DNA from: Escherichia phage chee24
Sequence record: NC_047885.1
Reading direction: 5' to 3' (one strand)
DNA length: 64,000 nucleotides
The translations under genes were made by a program, and so were the position numbers. Numbering within the stretch: position 1 is the stretch's first letter; each line of letters starts with the position of its first letter. The notes under the pieces were generated by a model. The model saw nothing but the letters and a program-made list of their open reading frames with translations, did not search any database and was not told the origin of the DNA. This document shows, piece by piece, positions 19,359-29,339 of this stretch.

Positions 19359-19782
19359 AATTATTAATGGCCTCTAAGAAGTTTTTCATAGTTTTTACGG
19401 TTGCGGTGCTCAGATCAAGATTTACACCCAAACACTCGGTTAATGCTTTCTGATAAGGAGCCTTTAATCTGCCTTCTGGGACTTCTACCTTCTTATATTC
19501 TTTATTTTTGACCTTTTTAATCATAGTCTCTAGTACAAGAAGTGGTAATTTAGCACCTTCAATATCAGTACCCAAAAGTTCAGTTAAAATTTTATTAAGA
19601 TCAAGACGAGTTAACTTTTTGCCCTTAGACATAGATGCACCTACCTTTGTATCAATAGATTTTTCCGCTTTCTTTTCGAGCTTTTTGTACTCAGGAGAGT
19701 CATGATCACGGAGTGCAATGTTTAGCTCGTAATGTGGTATACGAAAATGTTCCGCCATTTGAGTGTAGAAACGATCAGACAT
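19351..19782 (-). CDS. hypothetical protein (143 aa)
   Basis: ORF. Confidence 0.5.
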   Translation of the reverse strand: MSDRFYTQMAEHFRIPHYELNIALRDHDSPEYKKLEKKAEKSIDTKVGASMSKGKKLTRLDLNKILTELLGTDIEGAKLPLLVLETMIKKVKNKEYKKVEVPEGRLKAPYQKALTECLGVNLDLSTATVKTMKNFLEAINNYE

Positions 19783-19857
19783 AATATATACCTCTCTTAA
19801 CTAATTTATGTATATATTATATAATAACTAGGGCTAAAAGTCAACTACTTTTTTATC

Positions 19858-20274
19858 TTAATCTACTGCATGTATAAATCTTTTCCTAACTAGATACATA
19901 GTTATTGGGTAAATTGAGTACATAAGTATCGGGGAGAAAAGGGTGAAATACGCTGTAACTCCCCCAGCTAACATCAAAGGTATTAATGCTAGAGTAAGGG
20001 CCATAAGAATCATACCGAATGAAACAGCCAAAGCTATGGATATAGGATTCTCTAGTTCCATCCATAACCAACAATATTTCGTATCTCTATGGCAATTGCA
20101 TTTACAAACGCCGAATGAACCCATAATTATATACTCTAGTCCGTGAATAACCTTTATTAATAAGCTATTTCGGGTAGTTAATGCAACGATAGTAAAGACT
20201 ATCATTAAAACGAATACTACTAGACTTATTTTCCAGATACCTAGTAGCATCATAGTGAATAGTTCTGCAAACAT
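19858..20274 (-). CDS. multi-pass membrane protein (138 aa)
   Basis: ORF with 3-4 hydrophobic helices; directly downstream of endolysin. Confidence 0.5.
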   Translation of the reverse strand: MFAELFTMMLLGIWKISLVVFVLMIVFTIVALTTRNSLLIKVIHGLEYIIMGSFGVCKCNCHRDTKYCWLWMELENPISIALAVSFGMILMALTLALIPLMLAGGVTAYFTLFSPILMYSIYPITMYLVRKRFIHAVD

Positions 20275-20351
20275 GGCTTTCTCCTATCTTCAAAAGTTAT
20301 TAAAGCCCCCTTTGCCTAAAAAGGCGGGAATATTCCCGCCTAAGTTATTAA

Positions 20352-20765
20352 TTAAACTAGTTCGACATGACCGCCATCATAGGTACCACGTTTTATTTCA
20401 TCGTGATAATCTCCCGAAGCATTCCAATCAGCACCAAAACGAAGTTTAATGCCTAGTTCTTTACCTGCTTGTTCAAAAGCCTTTTTAACTGCCCAAAATG
20501 CTTCTAAATCATTCCAATCAATCTTACCATTAATGTATGGAGCAAAATCAAGAGCATCCCCAGTAATATGCTTGCTTTTACTAGGATCTTTTAAGAATGA
20601 AGTACCATTAGCAATATTCTGGGCACTTTGTGCTACTGTACGAATACCCTGTACGATCGTGAAATCATAAGGAGATAATTCTAAAGCTCTACGAGCTACT
20701 TTTTGTAGCTCTGGCTTAACGGTAGCTAATTGTTTTTCGCTATTTTTACCAAATTTAAAACTCAT
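20352..20765 (-). CDS. lys: endolysin, L-alanyl-D-glutamate peptidase
   Basis: 137 aa; peptidase M15-like residues (H..D..H); size matches T5 endolysin; adjacent holin-like gene. Confidence 0.75.
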   Translation of the reverse strand: MSFKFGKNSEKQLATVKPELQKVARRALELSPYDFTIVQGIRTVAQSAQNIANGTSFLKDPSKSKHITGDALDFAPYINGKIDWNDLEAFWAVKKAFEQAGKELGIKLRFGADWNASGDYHDEIKRGTYDGGHVELV

Positions 20766-21418
20766 ATTGATCTACCTAAAGATCTCTGTTGTGGGGAACA
20801 GAGCTTTGTTAAATACTCGTTAAATTTCTCAGAATCGGCTGCATCTACAGGATTATCTTTCCAAGCAATACCAATATATCCAGCATAGATATTGTTTAGA
20901 TTGAAGTACGGACAAGTGTATATGTAATTAAAAGTAACGTTCTTAAACGCAGGTATATTTAACCCCATGTATTTATTTACTTTTACACTTAAATCCGATG
21001 CGTAGTTAAAGCCGTCTAAGTGACGTCTATATAGCTCAGACGTCTTATTTACCGCTTTATCGGCCAAGTCAGCCCTATCTAATTGCGCATTGCTTTCCCA
21101 TGCAATAATGTTAGAATAATCATTAATGGCATCGGGTTTATACTTGACTACAAAAACAGCATCCGCACCCGTTTGGGAAAAAAGCACCATGCTCTTTTCT
21201 CTAGCTACGTTAGGAAAATTACTTATCCTTTGAGTTTGAACATCCTGTAGAACCGCAGACGTGGAGAAAGTCTTTAAGAACGACATCACCTCACTAGTAT
21301 TACTAACAAATAAGAAAATAATGACAGCAACTAAGATAGTTAGCAGACGTTTAAGAAGCGATGCTGGATCTTTCGCTTCTTGGAGCAGTACCGTTAATAA
21401 TTGTAAGAACTTTTCCAA
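20762..21418 (-). CDS. putative holin (single-TM membrane protein)
   Basis: 218 aa; N-terminal TM helix; overlaps endolysin start by 4 nt. Confidence 0.5.
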   Translation of the reverse strand: MEKFLQLLTVLLQEAKDPASLLKRLLTILVAVIIFLFVSNTSEVMSFLKTFSTSAVLQDVQTQRISNFPNVAREKSMVLFSQTGADAVFVVKYKPDAINDYSNIIAWESNAQLDRADLADKAVNKTSELYRRHLDGFNYASDLSVKVNKYMGLNIPAFKNVTFNYIYTCPYFNLNNIYAGYIGIAWKDNPVDAADSEKFNEYLTKLCSPQQRSLGRSI

Positions 21419-21574
21419 TTGTAACCTCCTCTAACCAGTACCATTATACTAATTTTGGAGGAAAATTACAATGTGTTTTTAAAGATCACTTCTGGAGCAT
21501 AAAATTTTGTCGTTGTCAAGAAGAATTTTAGATAAAAGAAAAGCCAGGGTCGTTAAACCCTGGCTTAAAATTAC

Positions 21575-22174
21575 TTACTCTTCGTTATGCTCCTCGGATT
21601 GAGGTAACTGGGCTTTATTATATTGCTCAGATCGATATTTTGCCAAGATTTCAATACGCTTATGGATTTCTTTGCTATCTAGATAGATATTTTTGTTGTC
21701 TTTTACCATCTCGTCGATTTCGTCTATAGAGAAGAACGGATAGTAGACATCTAGCATCATATCTTCTACGAACTTGTTGTAAGATTCATAAGCTTTCTTG
21801 ATTTCTTGACCCTTCTCACAGAATCCGCCAGAGAACGTGTGTCCCATTAGCGTAGCATGTGGATGTACTACCCATCCATGACAGGATAGGAAAATTGTGC
21901 AGTAAGCAGAAGCACTAGGACCAATCAGGTGTCCTATAACTGTTCCACGGCAATTAGCAATTAAGTTAGATAACTGTGCAGCAGTATCAACATAACCACC
22001 AGGGCCATTAATCATCAGATTAATTTCGTCGTCCTCATTTGCTTGCATAAGTACCATTGATAAATCACGGTATTCATCCGGCGGGCCTAATTCTTCATCA
22101 AAGAAAAAGGTATACTCATTAGATTGGCGAATGGAGTGAAACAGGTTAGTCTTTTCTTCTTTTTTATTAGTCAT
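21575..22174 (-). CDS. ClpP-like serine peptidase
   Basis: 199 aa; ClpP-family motif INGPGG plus Ser/His region. Confidence 0.6.
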   Translation of the reverse strand: MTNKKEEKTNLFHSIRQSNEYTFFFDEELGPPDEYRDLSMVLMQANEDDEINLMINGPGGYVDTAAQLSNLIANCRGTVIGHLIGPSASAYCTIFLSCHGWVVHPHATLMGHTFSGGFCEKGQEIKKAYESYNKFVEDMMLDVYYPFFSIDEIDEMVKDNKNIYLDSKEIHKRIEILAKYRSEQYNKAQLPQSEEHNEE

Positions 22175-22186
22175 AGCGATCCTTGA

Positions 22187-22939
22187 TTATCCAACTAGTG
22201 GTTCTAGCTCTAAGTCACAGAAGTTATAAACTTCTAGTTTAAGGTTATTGATACCATCGAATTTATTAACTAATTCGTGAGTAATATATTTTGCAGGAAT
22301 ACCACTTTCAGATGGATGATCTGATTTAATAGTGAACTTCTGCTCAGCGGGTACTACATTTACTATCAAAGAATCCATATCTAAATGATTTGTTTCTCTG
22401 AGTAACTCTCCTTCATTGGGGAATCTAACATCTGTTATTACGGCGACATCTGGGTCGTCTTTAGCGATGGATTGCTCCAGAATTATGAGCCAAATGCGTT
22501 CATGCACCAGCTGCCTTCCTAGCTCTGTTCCTACGAGCTGTAACATTTTTCTCGGAGAAATAAATAAACTATAAAGTCCGTCTTTTTTATTCTCTGAGAT
22601 AAGTTGTTGAGGATTAAGATATTTTTCCTCAAAAATAGGCCAAACGTACGAGAAGTCTTCAAACTTATCGATACCGTACTTAAACCACACATCTCTGGCT
22701 CGCTCCAGTTGAGATTGTGTGACCGTAAACCATTGGTCAATCTCTTTTCCCCTGCGCTCTCCTAGAAACTCTGGAGTTACACCGAGGATTACGGATGCAA
22801 GTTCATAAACGGGCTTAGCAAAACTATAACGACGGGATAAACACGTTGGATACGTGTCATTACACCAATCGATAATTAATTTTGCAACGGTATCTTTTCC
22901 CGAACCAGCTTCACCATGTAAACCGACTAATACTGACAT
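22187..22939 (-). CDS. deoxynucleoside monophosphate kinase
   Basis: 250 aa; P-loop GEAGSGKDT at N-terminus. Confidence 0.65.
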   Translation of the reverse strand: MSVLVGLHGEAGSGKDTVAKLIIDWCNDTYPTCLSRRYSFAKPVYELASVILGVTPEFLGERRGKEIDQWFTVTQSQLERARDVWFKYGIDKFEDFSYVWPIFEEKYLNPQQLISENKKDGLYSLFISPRKMLQLVGTELGRQLVHERIWLIILEQSIAKDDPDVAVITDVRFPNEGELLRETNHLDMDSLIVNVVPAEQKFTIKSDHPSESGIPAKYITHELVNKFDGINNLKLEVYNFCDLELEPLVG

Positions 22940-23292
22940 TAATCTTTCCTATTGTTAATTGGTGGATAATATACTAAACAACGTTTTTCATGCAAATCTT
23001 GGCGGTAGAAGCAAACCATACTTGTCAGTCGTGAGATATATGAATATTCTGCCTCACGGCATTTTGCCAACATATTCCAATCTTTATATGGTACGACTAC
23101 TACTACGCCATCTTCCCCATCTGTAGCTAATTTCTTTTCAAACTTAAAGTCAAAGCTACAAGGTTGAAGTCCTTTAGGCCAATCTACGTGAGCTGTTGGT
23201 AGCTCATGTGTAGGTTCTGGCTTTATTTCTTGTGCACAGCCTGTGATTGTGATTGCGGCTGCGAGCAGTATTCCAAGTTTCCAGTTAAACAT
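22939..23292 (-). CDS. lipoprotein, candidate o-spanin
   Basis: 117 aa; signal peptide with lipobox ITGC; start embedded in end of upstream TM/coiled-coil gene. Confidence 0.4.
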   Translation of the reverse strand: MFNWKLGILLAAAITITGCAQEIKPEPTHELPTAHVDWPKGLQPCSFDFKFEKKLATDGEDGVVVVVPYKDWNMLAKCREAEYSYISRLTSMVCFYRQDLHEKRCLVYYPPINNRKD

Positions 23293-23672
23293 GCTAATCT
23301 TTCCTCGAACTCCTTACTCTGCTTTTTAGCAATTAATGTAACCAATCCAGGCTTTGCAGCTATAATATCTTGACGACTAAGTGCTTTATCAAGCTGATTA
23401 ATTTTCTTGTCTAGATCTGCTTGCGAAACATTATTCATTGTGAAATACTGATTCATTCTAGTCTCACGAAGTTCGCTTTCAGCTTTCACCTTATTGAGGG
23501 AAGTCTCTAGAGAAGAAATCTTTTTAGTAGCTACCGCAAGATCTCCTGCTAAAGTCTCCACTTTATCTACTAAGTGATAAGCACCGAACCCGATGCCTAT
23601 CGCTAGACCTGCTCCCAGGATATACCACTTACCGTGCCATATTCCTGAAAGAAGTTTTTGTATCAAATCCAT
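23223..23672 (-). CDS. TM plus coiled-coil protein, candidate i-spanin
   Basis: 149 aa; N-terminal TM helix then predicted coiled coil; 70-nt overlap with lipoprotein gene. Confidence 0.4.
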   Translation of the reverse strand: MDLIQKLLSGIWHGKWYILGAGLAIGIGFGAYHLVDKVETLAGDLAVATKKISSLETSLNKVKAESELRETRMNQYFTMNNVSQADLDKKINQLDKALSRQDIIAAKPGLVTLIAKKQSKEFEERLACLTGNLEYCSQPQSQSQAVHKK

Positions 23673-24327
23673 GCGCTGCTAACCTGTCTTTATCTGATAC
23701 TTTAATCATATCAGGCTCACCAGTTCCTAGTACACCGAAGATATACTGTTCGAGAACTTGGTGTAAACGGTATAAGTTACTTTCAATTTCCTGCCACGGA
23801 ATACCGGACTGATGGAAACGAATGTTAGTCTGAATTACGAAGTTACGAACATCATCGTTATCGTTCTTCTTAATACCTTTCACATATGCAATTGGTACAC
23901 GCAGTTCGGATAAGATACGTTCTGCTTTAGGTTTTGCTTCAGCGAGCAAATCACGCATTGTTTCACGAACATCTCCGCGACTCTTATCCATTAAGTAAGA
24001 GCGAGCATGTAATCCCATCTCTTCCATTTTATCGAACATAGTGTCGAGGTTGAACGTTTTGAAGCTAAATGCTGGATGCCAGCAGTATAGCTCGTGTAAC
24101 CAGTAAACTTCACCTGCAACAAATAGTGGGTTTACAAAATATTCGAAATCACCACGGAAAGATAGCGAACCATCACGAAATACCTGGCGACTATGCACGA
24201 TGTTCTTTTCTGCATCATCAGTTACTTTAACTAGTAGCTCTTCAGTTTTACGCTCCCAAACACGATCTGGGTCGAACAAACTGTTCTGCAAATCATACAC
24301 ATCGGCGAACTTAGAAATAATCCTCAT
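23629..24327 (-). CDS. hypothetical protein (232 aa)
   Basis: ORF. Confidence 0.55.
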   Translation of the reverse strand: MRIISKFADVYDLQNSLFDPDRVWERKTEELLVKVTDDAEKNIVHSRQVFRDGSLSFRGDFEYFVNPLFVAGEVYWLHELYCWHPAFSFKTFNLDTMFDKMEEMGLHARSYLMDKSRGDVRETMRDLLAEAKPKAERILSELRVPIAYVKGIKKNDNDDVRNFVIQTNIRFHQSGIPWQEIESNLYRLHQVLEQYIFGVLGTGEPDMIKVSDKDRLAAHGFDTKTSFRNMAR

Positions 24328-24481
24328 ATTTAATCCTCTTGCCTCAATCTATAAACATATTATACAAAAGTTTGGGCATCTAAGCAACTAAAATTTTATT
24401 ATAAAAATAGCCCAGTCGCAAAAGTGCAGGCTGGGCTTTGTCATTATTTGCTTTTGCTAGTAAGCTGACTTAGTGTCAATC

Positions 24482-24862
24482 TTATGTAATATTAGTTTTT
24501 CTAGCTTTGTGCAGTACCCCTGCATTTCTCCATAACTTAATATCGTCTACTGTTTCTTTATAAGGAGCTATGGTAAAACCTAGTGGGCCAGCACTAAATA
24601 ATCCTAAGAATCCTATTGCACGCATATAGAATACGCATTCTTCGCCTGTCATTTCTTCAACTGCTTTTCTTTGTTTTTCGTTTTCAAACTCGTGCTCCTT
24701 GTTGTCTATACGAAGGTGTTTAATGAACCATTCAGCAGAATATTCATCTAAATGTCTAAGTATAGCTACTGCATACCCAGCGCCGATTAAAAACCAAGTG
24801 GTAACAAGAATTAGTACTATAGTCATATAATCTCCAGTTAAGGTCAGCGACCAACTCACCAC
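24482..24862 (-). CDS. membrane protein (126 aa)
   Basis: ORF with hydrophobic helices. Confidence 0.5.
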   Translation of the reverse strand: MVSWSLTLTGDYMTIVLILVTTWFLIGAGYAVAILRHLDEYSAEWFIKHLRIDNKEHEFENEKQRKAVEEMTGEECVFYMRAIGFLGLFSAGPLGFTIAPYKETVDDIKLWRNAGVLHKARKTNIT

Positions 24863-24936
24863 TTACCGCACTAAGGGGCACGACTCCCTTATCCGTAACA
24901 GTTGCAGGTGACGCAACTCGGTCCTACGCGAGTTCT

Positions 24937-25221
24937 TTAATTATTCTGCATTTCTGCTTTAAATTTTTTCATATTACGAGTTTTTCGGTAATAGAAAAAT
25001 ACAGATGCTGGTCCTAGCAGAATATCCATAATAAATATCACAGACATACCACATCTTAATAGTGTTTTATCATCAAGAGGTGCTAGATCTAGTGGACGTG
25101 TTTTATGTATAACATATAAAAGTACATCTTTGTTCTTAGAGATATACAGATCATCAATCAAGCTGTAAATAGCAACTATAGACCCAATGACGAACCAAAG
25201 AGCAAATGGAGAGATAATCAT
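24937..25221 (-). CDS. membrane protein (94 aa)
   Basis: ORF with hydrophobic helices. Confidence 0.45.
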   Translation of the reverse strand: MIISPFALWFVIGSIVAIYSLIDDLYISKNKDVLLYVIHKTRPLDLAPLDDKTLLRCGMSVIFIMDILLGPASVFFYYRKTRNMKKFKAEMQNN

Positions 25222-25514
25222 TTCAGATCCTTTTCATTAACTAGAATATTTGTAAATAATGGAGTATTTCCTAAGCACATGGTAGGCCCAAAGGTTTGCA
25301 TAGCTATCCACAACTGCATAGTAATCATACCATCCTTAATCTCTGGATCTTTATACTCCTCAATACGTTTTTTGGCAAAGGCAACTACATCTGGATTATT
25401 TTTATTTTCCTGAATATAGTCATGCCAAAATTGTGTATTCTCACTACGCAGGAATGTTAAGACATCCTTAGTTGCTGGAATCTGCACTGTGCTATTGATG
25501 TTTAGCTTTTTCAC
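25218..25514 (-). CDS. hypothetical protein (98 aa)
   Basis: ORF. Confidence 0.45.
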   Translation of the reverse strand: MKKLNINSTVQIPATKDVLTFLRSENTQFWHDYIQENKNNPDVVAFAKKRIEEYKDPEIKDGMITMQLWIAMQTFGPTMCLGNTPLFTNILVNEKDLK

Positions 25515-25911
25515 GTTCTTCTCTCCGACGTTTGCATTCTTTCATCATATGAGCTGCTACAACTTCATGGTAGTAGTCATTAATGTTATCTTCTGGCAAG
25601 AAATGCTTAATAGTCTCTAGCTGACAAATAACTCGATGAAGATGGTTATTTGGTAGACACAATTTTATACCTGCAACAAATCCAGAGAAGCCTGGAACAC
25701 TGAACATGGGTTGGGCTTCTACTCTACCTTCAGAGTTGATATTAAGCTCAATTGAGATACCCATTTTCATGCTATAAAGCTGGCAATATTCTCCATTACC
25801 AGACCTTGACCAAACGGTGAAGTCCTCATCAATTTGATCTTGGATTTCTGTAATTGCAAATTTAATTCTAGGATCTAAATTATTCATCTTCACCTTCAAA
25901 GTCGCAATCAT
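25492..25911 (-). CDS. hypothetical protein (139 aa)
   Basis: ORF. Confidence 0.5.
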   Translation of the reverse strand: MIATLKVKMNNLDPRIKFAITEIQDQIDEDFTVWSRSGNGEYCQLYSMKMGISIELNINSEGRVEAQPMFSVPGFSGFVAGIKLCLPNNHLHRVICQLETIKHFLPEDNINDYYHEVVAAHMMKECKRRREEREKAKHQ

Positions 25912-26290
25912 AACGACAAGTAAAAGAACTAGAGCTATTAGTACGTTGAGTAGTTATCTCACCACGTTTGCTAACAGTAACAGCCGGAGTAGAGAAGTTT
26001 TTATTAGTATATATTTCTACTTTGCCGTTACGTTCCTTAACATCACGCACTTTACCATACTCAGTAATGATGCCGTTTTGTTGGACTTTAACATTGCCGT
26101 TTTTCATAAAAACTTTGGTAGATGCTAGAGAACCGAAACTAACTGCCGAAACCATCAGTGCAATAATAAACTTATTCATCATGATCTTCCTCATTACAGT
26201 CACGGCATACATCATAATCGTTGAAGGAATGTTCGTGAGCTTCACACCACCAAGAACAAGAATCACAGAGGAATATTTCGGTTTTCTCAA
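25880..26290 (-). CDS. secreted/periplasmic protein (136 aa)
   Basis: ORF with signal-peptide-like hydrophobic N-terminus. Confidence 0.45.
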   Translation of the reverse strand: MRKPKYSSVILVLGGVKLTNIPSTIMMYAVTVMRKIMMNKFIIALMVSAVSFGSLASTKVFMKNGNVKVQQNGIITEYGKVRDVKERNGKVEIYTNKNFSTPAVTVSKRGEITTQRTNSSSSFTCRYDCDFEGEDE

Positions 26291-26453
26291 GTGCTTGGCC
26301 TAAAAGATCATCAGCTTCCTCAGCAGTAATCTTCAATCCACACACATCTGCCACACGTTCTTTAATTAAGCGACCTGCTTCATGGTAAGACATACAGGTT
26401 CCAACAACACTATGCTCGACAACGTGAATAGCACAGTCTAGACGAGTTTTCAT
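26172..26453 (-). CDS. Cys-rich zinc-finger-like protein (93 aa)
   Basis: ORF with CxxC..CxxC arrangement; promoter at 26484-26512. Confidence 0.45.
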   Translation of the reverse strand: MKTRLDCAIHVVEHSVVGTCMSYHEAGRLIKERVADVCGLKITAEEADDLLGQALEKTEIFLCDSCSWWCEAHEHSFNDYDVCRDCNEEDHDE

Positions 26454-26483
26454 TTCAAACCTCTCTCATCAATTTATATAAAT

Positions 26484-26512
26484 ATTATAACAAGAAAAGA
26501 GAGGTTTAGCAA
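26484..26512 (-). promoter_or_regulatory. sigma70-type early promoter (-35 TTGCTA, -10 TATAAT)
   Basis: ATTATA-N17-TAGCAA; shares 27-nt core AATTTATATAAATATTATAACAAGAAA with two other sites. Confidence 0.6.
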
Positions 26513-26529
26513 ATGAATTATTTCAGAAA

Positions 26530-26877
26530 TTAGTCATAGCACCACCATAATCCACGCTTACGCATGTCATGATCGCGATTATAGTCGTAATTTTCTGGAT
26601 CTTTCATCACGCGGTGGAGTTCTTGACGATTTCCTTGACGAACCATTTTATTAGAATGCCACTTAACATTCTTACTAATGGAATTCCAGTTATAACCATC
26701 CTTTTTCTCATTACGAATGGTTGCTTCCTTCATTTCTTTTTTGATGTCGTCCCAGGATTTAGCATAAGTAACACGAATCCAGTAGCCATTTTCTTTGAGG
26801 AAAGAATATTCTTGAGAGAATTGTTCTTTAGACTTCCACCACTGATCACCAGATTGTTTACGATAAGTACGGCTCAT
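26530..26877 (-). CDS. hypothetical protein (115 aa)
   Basis: ORF. Confidence 0.5.
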   Translation of the reverse strand: MSRTYRKQSGDQWWKSKEQFSQEYSFLKENGYWIRVTYAKSWDDIKKEMKEATIRNEKKDGYNWNSISKNVKWHSNKMVRQGNRQELHRVMKDPENYDYNRDHDMRKRGLWWCYD

Positions 26878-26998
26878 ATTACCTCCATTAAGTCTTTTAA
26901 ATTAACCTAATGTGGATGAATTTTATTATACATAAATTATTTACCTGTATATAGAAAAACCCCAGACTACTTATTCAATAGCTGGGGTTTGTTGTTAA

Positions 26999-27313
26999 TT
27001 ACAGATCGGGGTGGTCATCTTCGAAACAGCCTGAGCTAATTCCTTCTCCGAATCCTACGAAGCCATCAAATTCATCATTTGAAATATCCGTAATCATTGC
27101 TTCCATTTTCCTAATCTCCGAGGTTTTCATCCCTGCTTTACTATTCTTAAAGTGTTTGCGAGGATTCCCGCACATCCAACAAGAACAGATACAAGGAGTA
27201 GTAGTGATAATACCTAACCGTTTAGGGCTTTCTTCATGTGGGAAGACTGTCCAATACTTCTTGCGGTTGTTCTTTACACGTTGCCGGTGATGACGTCTTA
27301 ATGCTCGATCCAC
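26999..27313 (-). CDS. Cys-rich protein (104 aa)
   Basis: ORF with CICSCWMC Cys cluster. Confidence 0.45.
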   Translation of the reverse strand: MDRALRRHHRQRVKNNRKKYWTVFPHEESPKRLGIITTTPCICSCWMCGNPRKHFKNSKAGMKTSEIRKMEAMITDISNDEFDGFVGFGEGISSGCFEDDHPDL

Positions 27314-27394
27314 ACATTTCTCCTAAAACTTGGGAGATAAATGGAGTTTGCTCGACTACCTTACGTAGTTCGTAGAAACCGTATCCAAGCCCCA

Positions 27395-27763
27395 TTACAT
27401 CGCCTGAGTAAATGTACGACTAATAACGTCGTTCTGCTGTTCACGCGTCAGTGAGTTAAAACGTACAGCATACCCTGAAACACGGATAGTTAATTGAGGG
27501 TATTTTTCAGGATGTTTCTGTGCATCCAAAAGCTGATCACGACTTAACACATTGACATTTAGGTGCTGACCTCCCTCGATTTGAGGAACTACTTCCACCT
27601 TGACTTCACGGAAGGATTCGGGGTCAAAATGTGGTGTGATACCTTCTAGATCCTCAACTAGAACTTTTTGTTTAAGTTCACCATCTTTAGAGTACAGTTG
27701 AATAATCTGATTATCATGAACAAGATTAATTACGCCAGACTTAAGATTTTGATATGCTTTCAT
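27395..27763 (-). CDS. grcA: autonomous glycyl radical cofactor (GrcA/YfiD-like)
   Basis: 122 aa; C-terminus [11 protein letters not shown]...[32 protein letters not shown] closely matches GrcA as recalled, including the RVSGYA glycyl-radical motif. Confidence 0.8.
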   Translation of the reverse strand: MKAYQNLKSGVINLVHDNQIIQLYSKDGELKQKVLVEDLEGITPHFDPESFREVKVEVVPQIEGGQHLNVNVLSRDQLLDAQKHPEKYPQLTIRVSGYAVRFNSLTREQQNDVISRTFTQAM

Positions 27764-27805
27764 TAGCTCTCCCCGATGTTAGAAATTGGCTCAGCTCTTT
27801 ATTCT

Positions 27806-28000
27806 TTATAGTTTACCACGATATACAGAAACTGTCTTACCAGTTTGGTTCATAACGTATGCTACTTCATCTTCTTTTAAGAAGATTGCTTGATCTATTC
27901 CAGAAATAGCTATGCTTTTATTTCTGGGATTAAACCCTACGCTTTTACCAACATGAATCTGCTCACCACCATCAGTGGACATTATTTTAACTGTTAACAT
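27806..28000 (-). CDS. hypothetical protein (64 aa)
   Basis: ORF. Confidence 0.4.
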   Translation of the reverse strand: MLTVKIMSTDGGEQIHVGKSVGFNPRNKSIAISGIDQAIFLKEDEVAYVMNQTGKTVSVYRGKL

Positions 28001-28027
28001 AATTGCTCCTATATTTAGCTATCTCTA

Positions 28028-28104
28028 GCTCTTTTAATGGTAGTTAGTAGTGGATTTGAACCACTATAGTCGCTCCGTATGAAGGAGGTGCATAACCACT
28101 CTGC
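28028..28104 (-). tRNA. tRNA-Met (anticodon CAT; could be fMet, Met or Ile2-type)
   Basis: Hand-folded cloverleaf: 7-bp acceptor, T-loop GGTTCAAATCC, anticodon loop TTCATAC, encoded CCA. Confidence 0.7.
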
Positions 28105-28209
28105 CAACTAACTATTATGTTTTACTAGACTAAGTAAGTATTCTTTGTACTCTTTAGGCCAATTAGCTTTTTTAAACTTTCCTGGACGCATAGTCTTAAT
28201 TCCTAAATT

Positions 28210-28286
28210 TGGTACTCCGGGAGGGATTTAAACCCCCGATCTCTCGGTTATCAGCCGAGTGCTTTAGATCGCTAAGCTACCGAAGC
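28210..28286 (-). tRNA. tRNA-Ile (GAT)
   Basis: Hand-folded; anticodon loop CTGATAA; acceptor with G-U pairs; CCA encoded. Confidence 0.65.
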
Positions 28287-28287
28287 A

Positions 28288-28494
28288 TTAATATTTGGTT
28301 GCAGAACGTTTACCATTTCTAGGCGCACCGGGAAGTCGGGCACATTCCGCCATTTTTCTTTTTATTTTGCGGATGTTTTCAGGTGTTTGATCTTCTGGTT
28401 TTAGGCCAGATACATTACACCATAGTTTACCCTCCCATGCTGTAATGATCATTACGCCGTTACACATAATCTTTTCTGTAAAAGAAATTCTCAT
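28288..28494 (-). CDS. hypothetical protein (68 aa)
   Basis: ORF between tRNA genes. Confidence 0.4.
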   Translation of the reverse strand: MRISFTEKIMCNGVMIITAWEGKLWCNVSGLKPEDQTPENIRKIKRKMAECARLPGAPRNGKRSATKY

Positions 28495-28787
28495 TATCGT
28501 ATCTCGTTTAGGTAAGAAGTATAATGGAATTTAGCTTCTCCAGTCTTATCTATTTCTACCTCAGTTCGTGGTACTTGACGAACTACATCATGAATCATCT
28601 TATAGCGAATGCCTTTAGCTGGTTCATGATCTTTTGGAAATACCTGTTTAACCGTTACTACTTTATACTCTTCACGCGGTGTTAACACAACTACTTGATC
28701 ACCTTCTTTGATTTTCCAAGAAGATGGAAATTCATAGGTATATCTTTGGCCACCAGTTTGGAATACTACAGAAAGATAACGCTTCAT
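28494..28787 (-). CDS. hypothetical protein (97 aa)
   Basis: ORF preceded by promoter at 28818-28846. Confidence 0.5.
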   Translation of the reverse strand: MKRYLSVVFQTGGQRYTYEFPSSWKIKEGDQVVVLTPREEYKVVTVKQVFPKDHEPAKGIRYKMIHDVVRQVPRTEVEIDKTGEAKFHYTSYLNEIR

Positions 28788-28817
28788 TTGGTTTCCCTCC
28801 CATTAATTTATATAAAT

Positions 28818-28846
28818 ATTATAACAAGAAATAAGAGAGAAGGCAA
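28818..28846 (-). promoter_or_regulatory. sigma70-type early promoter (-35 TTGCCT, -10 TATAAT)
   Basis: ATTATA-N17-AGGCAA; same 27-nt conserved core. Confidence 0.55.
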
Positions 28847-28861
28847 ATGAATTTTTAAATT

Positions 28862-28936
28862 TGGTGCTCCCACCAGGAATCGAACCCGGTTCAGATGCTT
28901 ACAAGGCAACTGCATCGCCAGCAATGCTTTAGGAGC
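28862..28936 (-). tRNA. tRNA-Thr (TGT)
   Basis: Hand-folded; T-loop GGTTCGATTCC; anticodon loop CTTGTAA. Confidence 0.65.
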
Positions 28937-29103
28937 GATAATCCCATTATTTCAATGGGATTTCTTTTTCAAATACAGGGGATTTATCTGACATTACTGT
29001 CATTGCCAACTGCTGAAGAAACTCGAAAGTTAGCTTTAAACGTTCTTCGCCTAATTCAATCTCAACGTATTTCTTTTGTTTGTCAACCTTTAATTTTAGG
29101 TTA

Positions 29104-29325
29104 TCAGCCATCTTCGGATTCTCGTTGCTTGGCTACTGCTAGCCAGTCTGGTAAAAGAAACTTAGTACGAAACTCTTCATACGTTTCTTCTGGGTAAAAG
29201 CTAAAACCTCCTTTCTCATCATTCAAGATAACAGAGCCGTCAGTTTGTTCATAAGCTCGGTATGTTTCCCCAATAATGATAACTCGTTTATCGGTACTTT
29301 TATTACGAAACTCAAAAACGTGCAT
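29104..29325 (-). CDS. hypothetical protein (73 aa)
   Basis: ORF between tRNA genes. Confidence 0.4.
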   Translation of the reverse strand: MHVFEFRNKSTDKRVIIIGETYRAYEQTDGSVILNDEKGGFSFYPEETYEEFRTKFLLPDWLAVAKQRESEDG

Positions 29326-29339
29326 AGAGATTCCTTATT

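Noticed and set aside
28895-29197. 100-aa plus-strand ORF
   Set aside because: Overlaps tRNA-Thr on the opposite strand and runs against local gene direction; no RBS.
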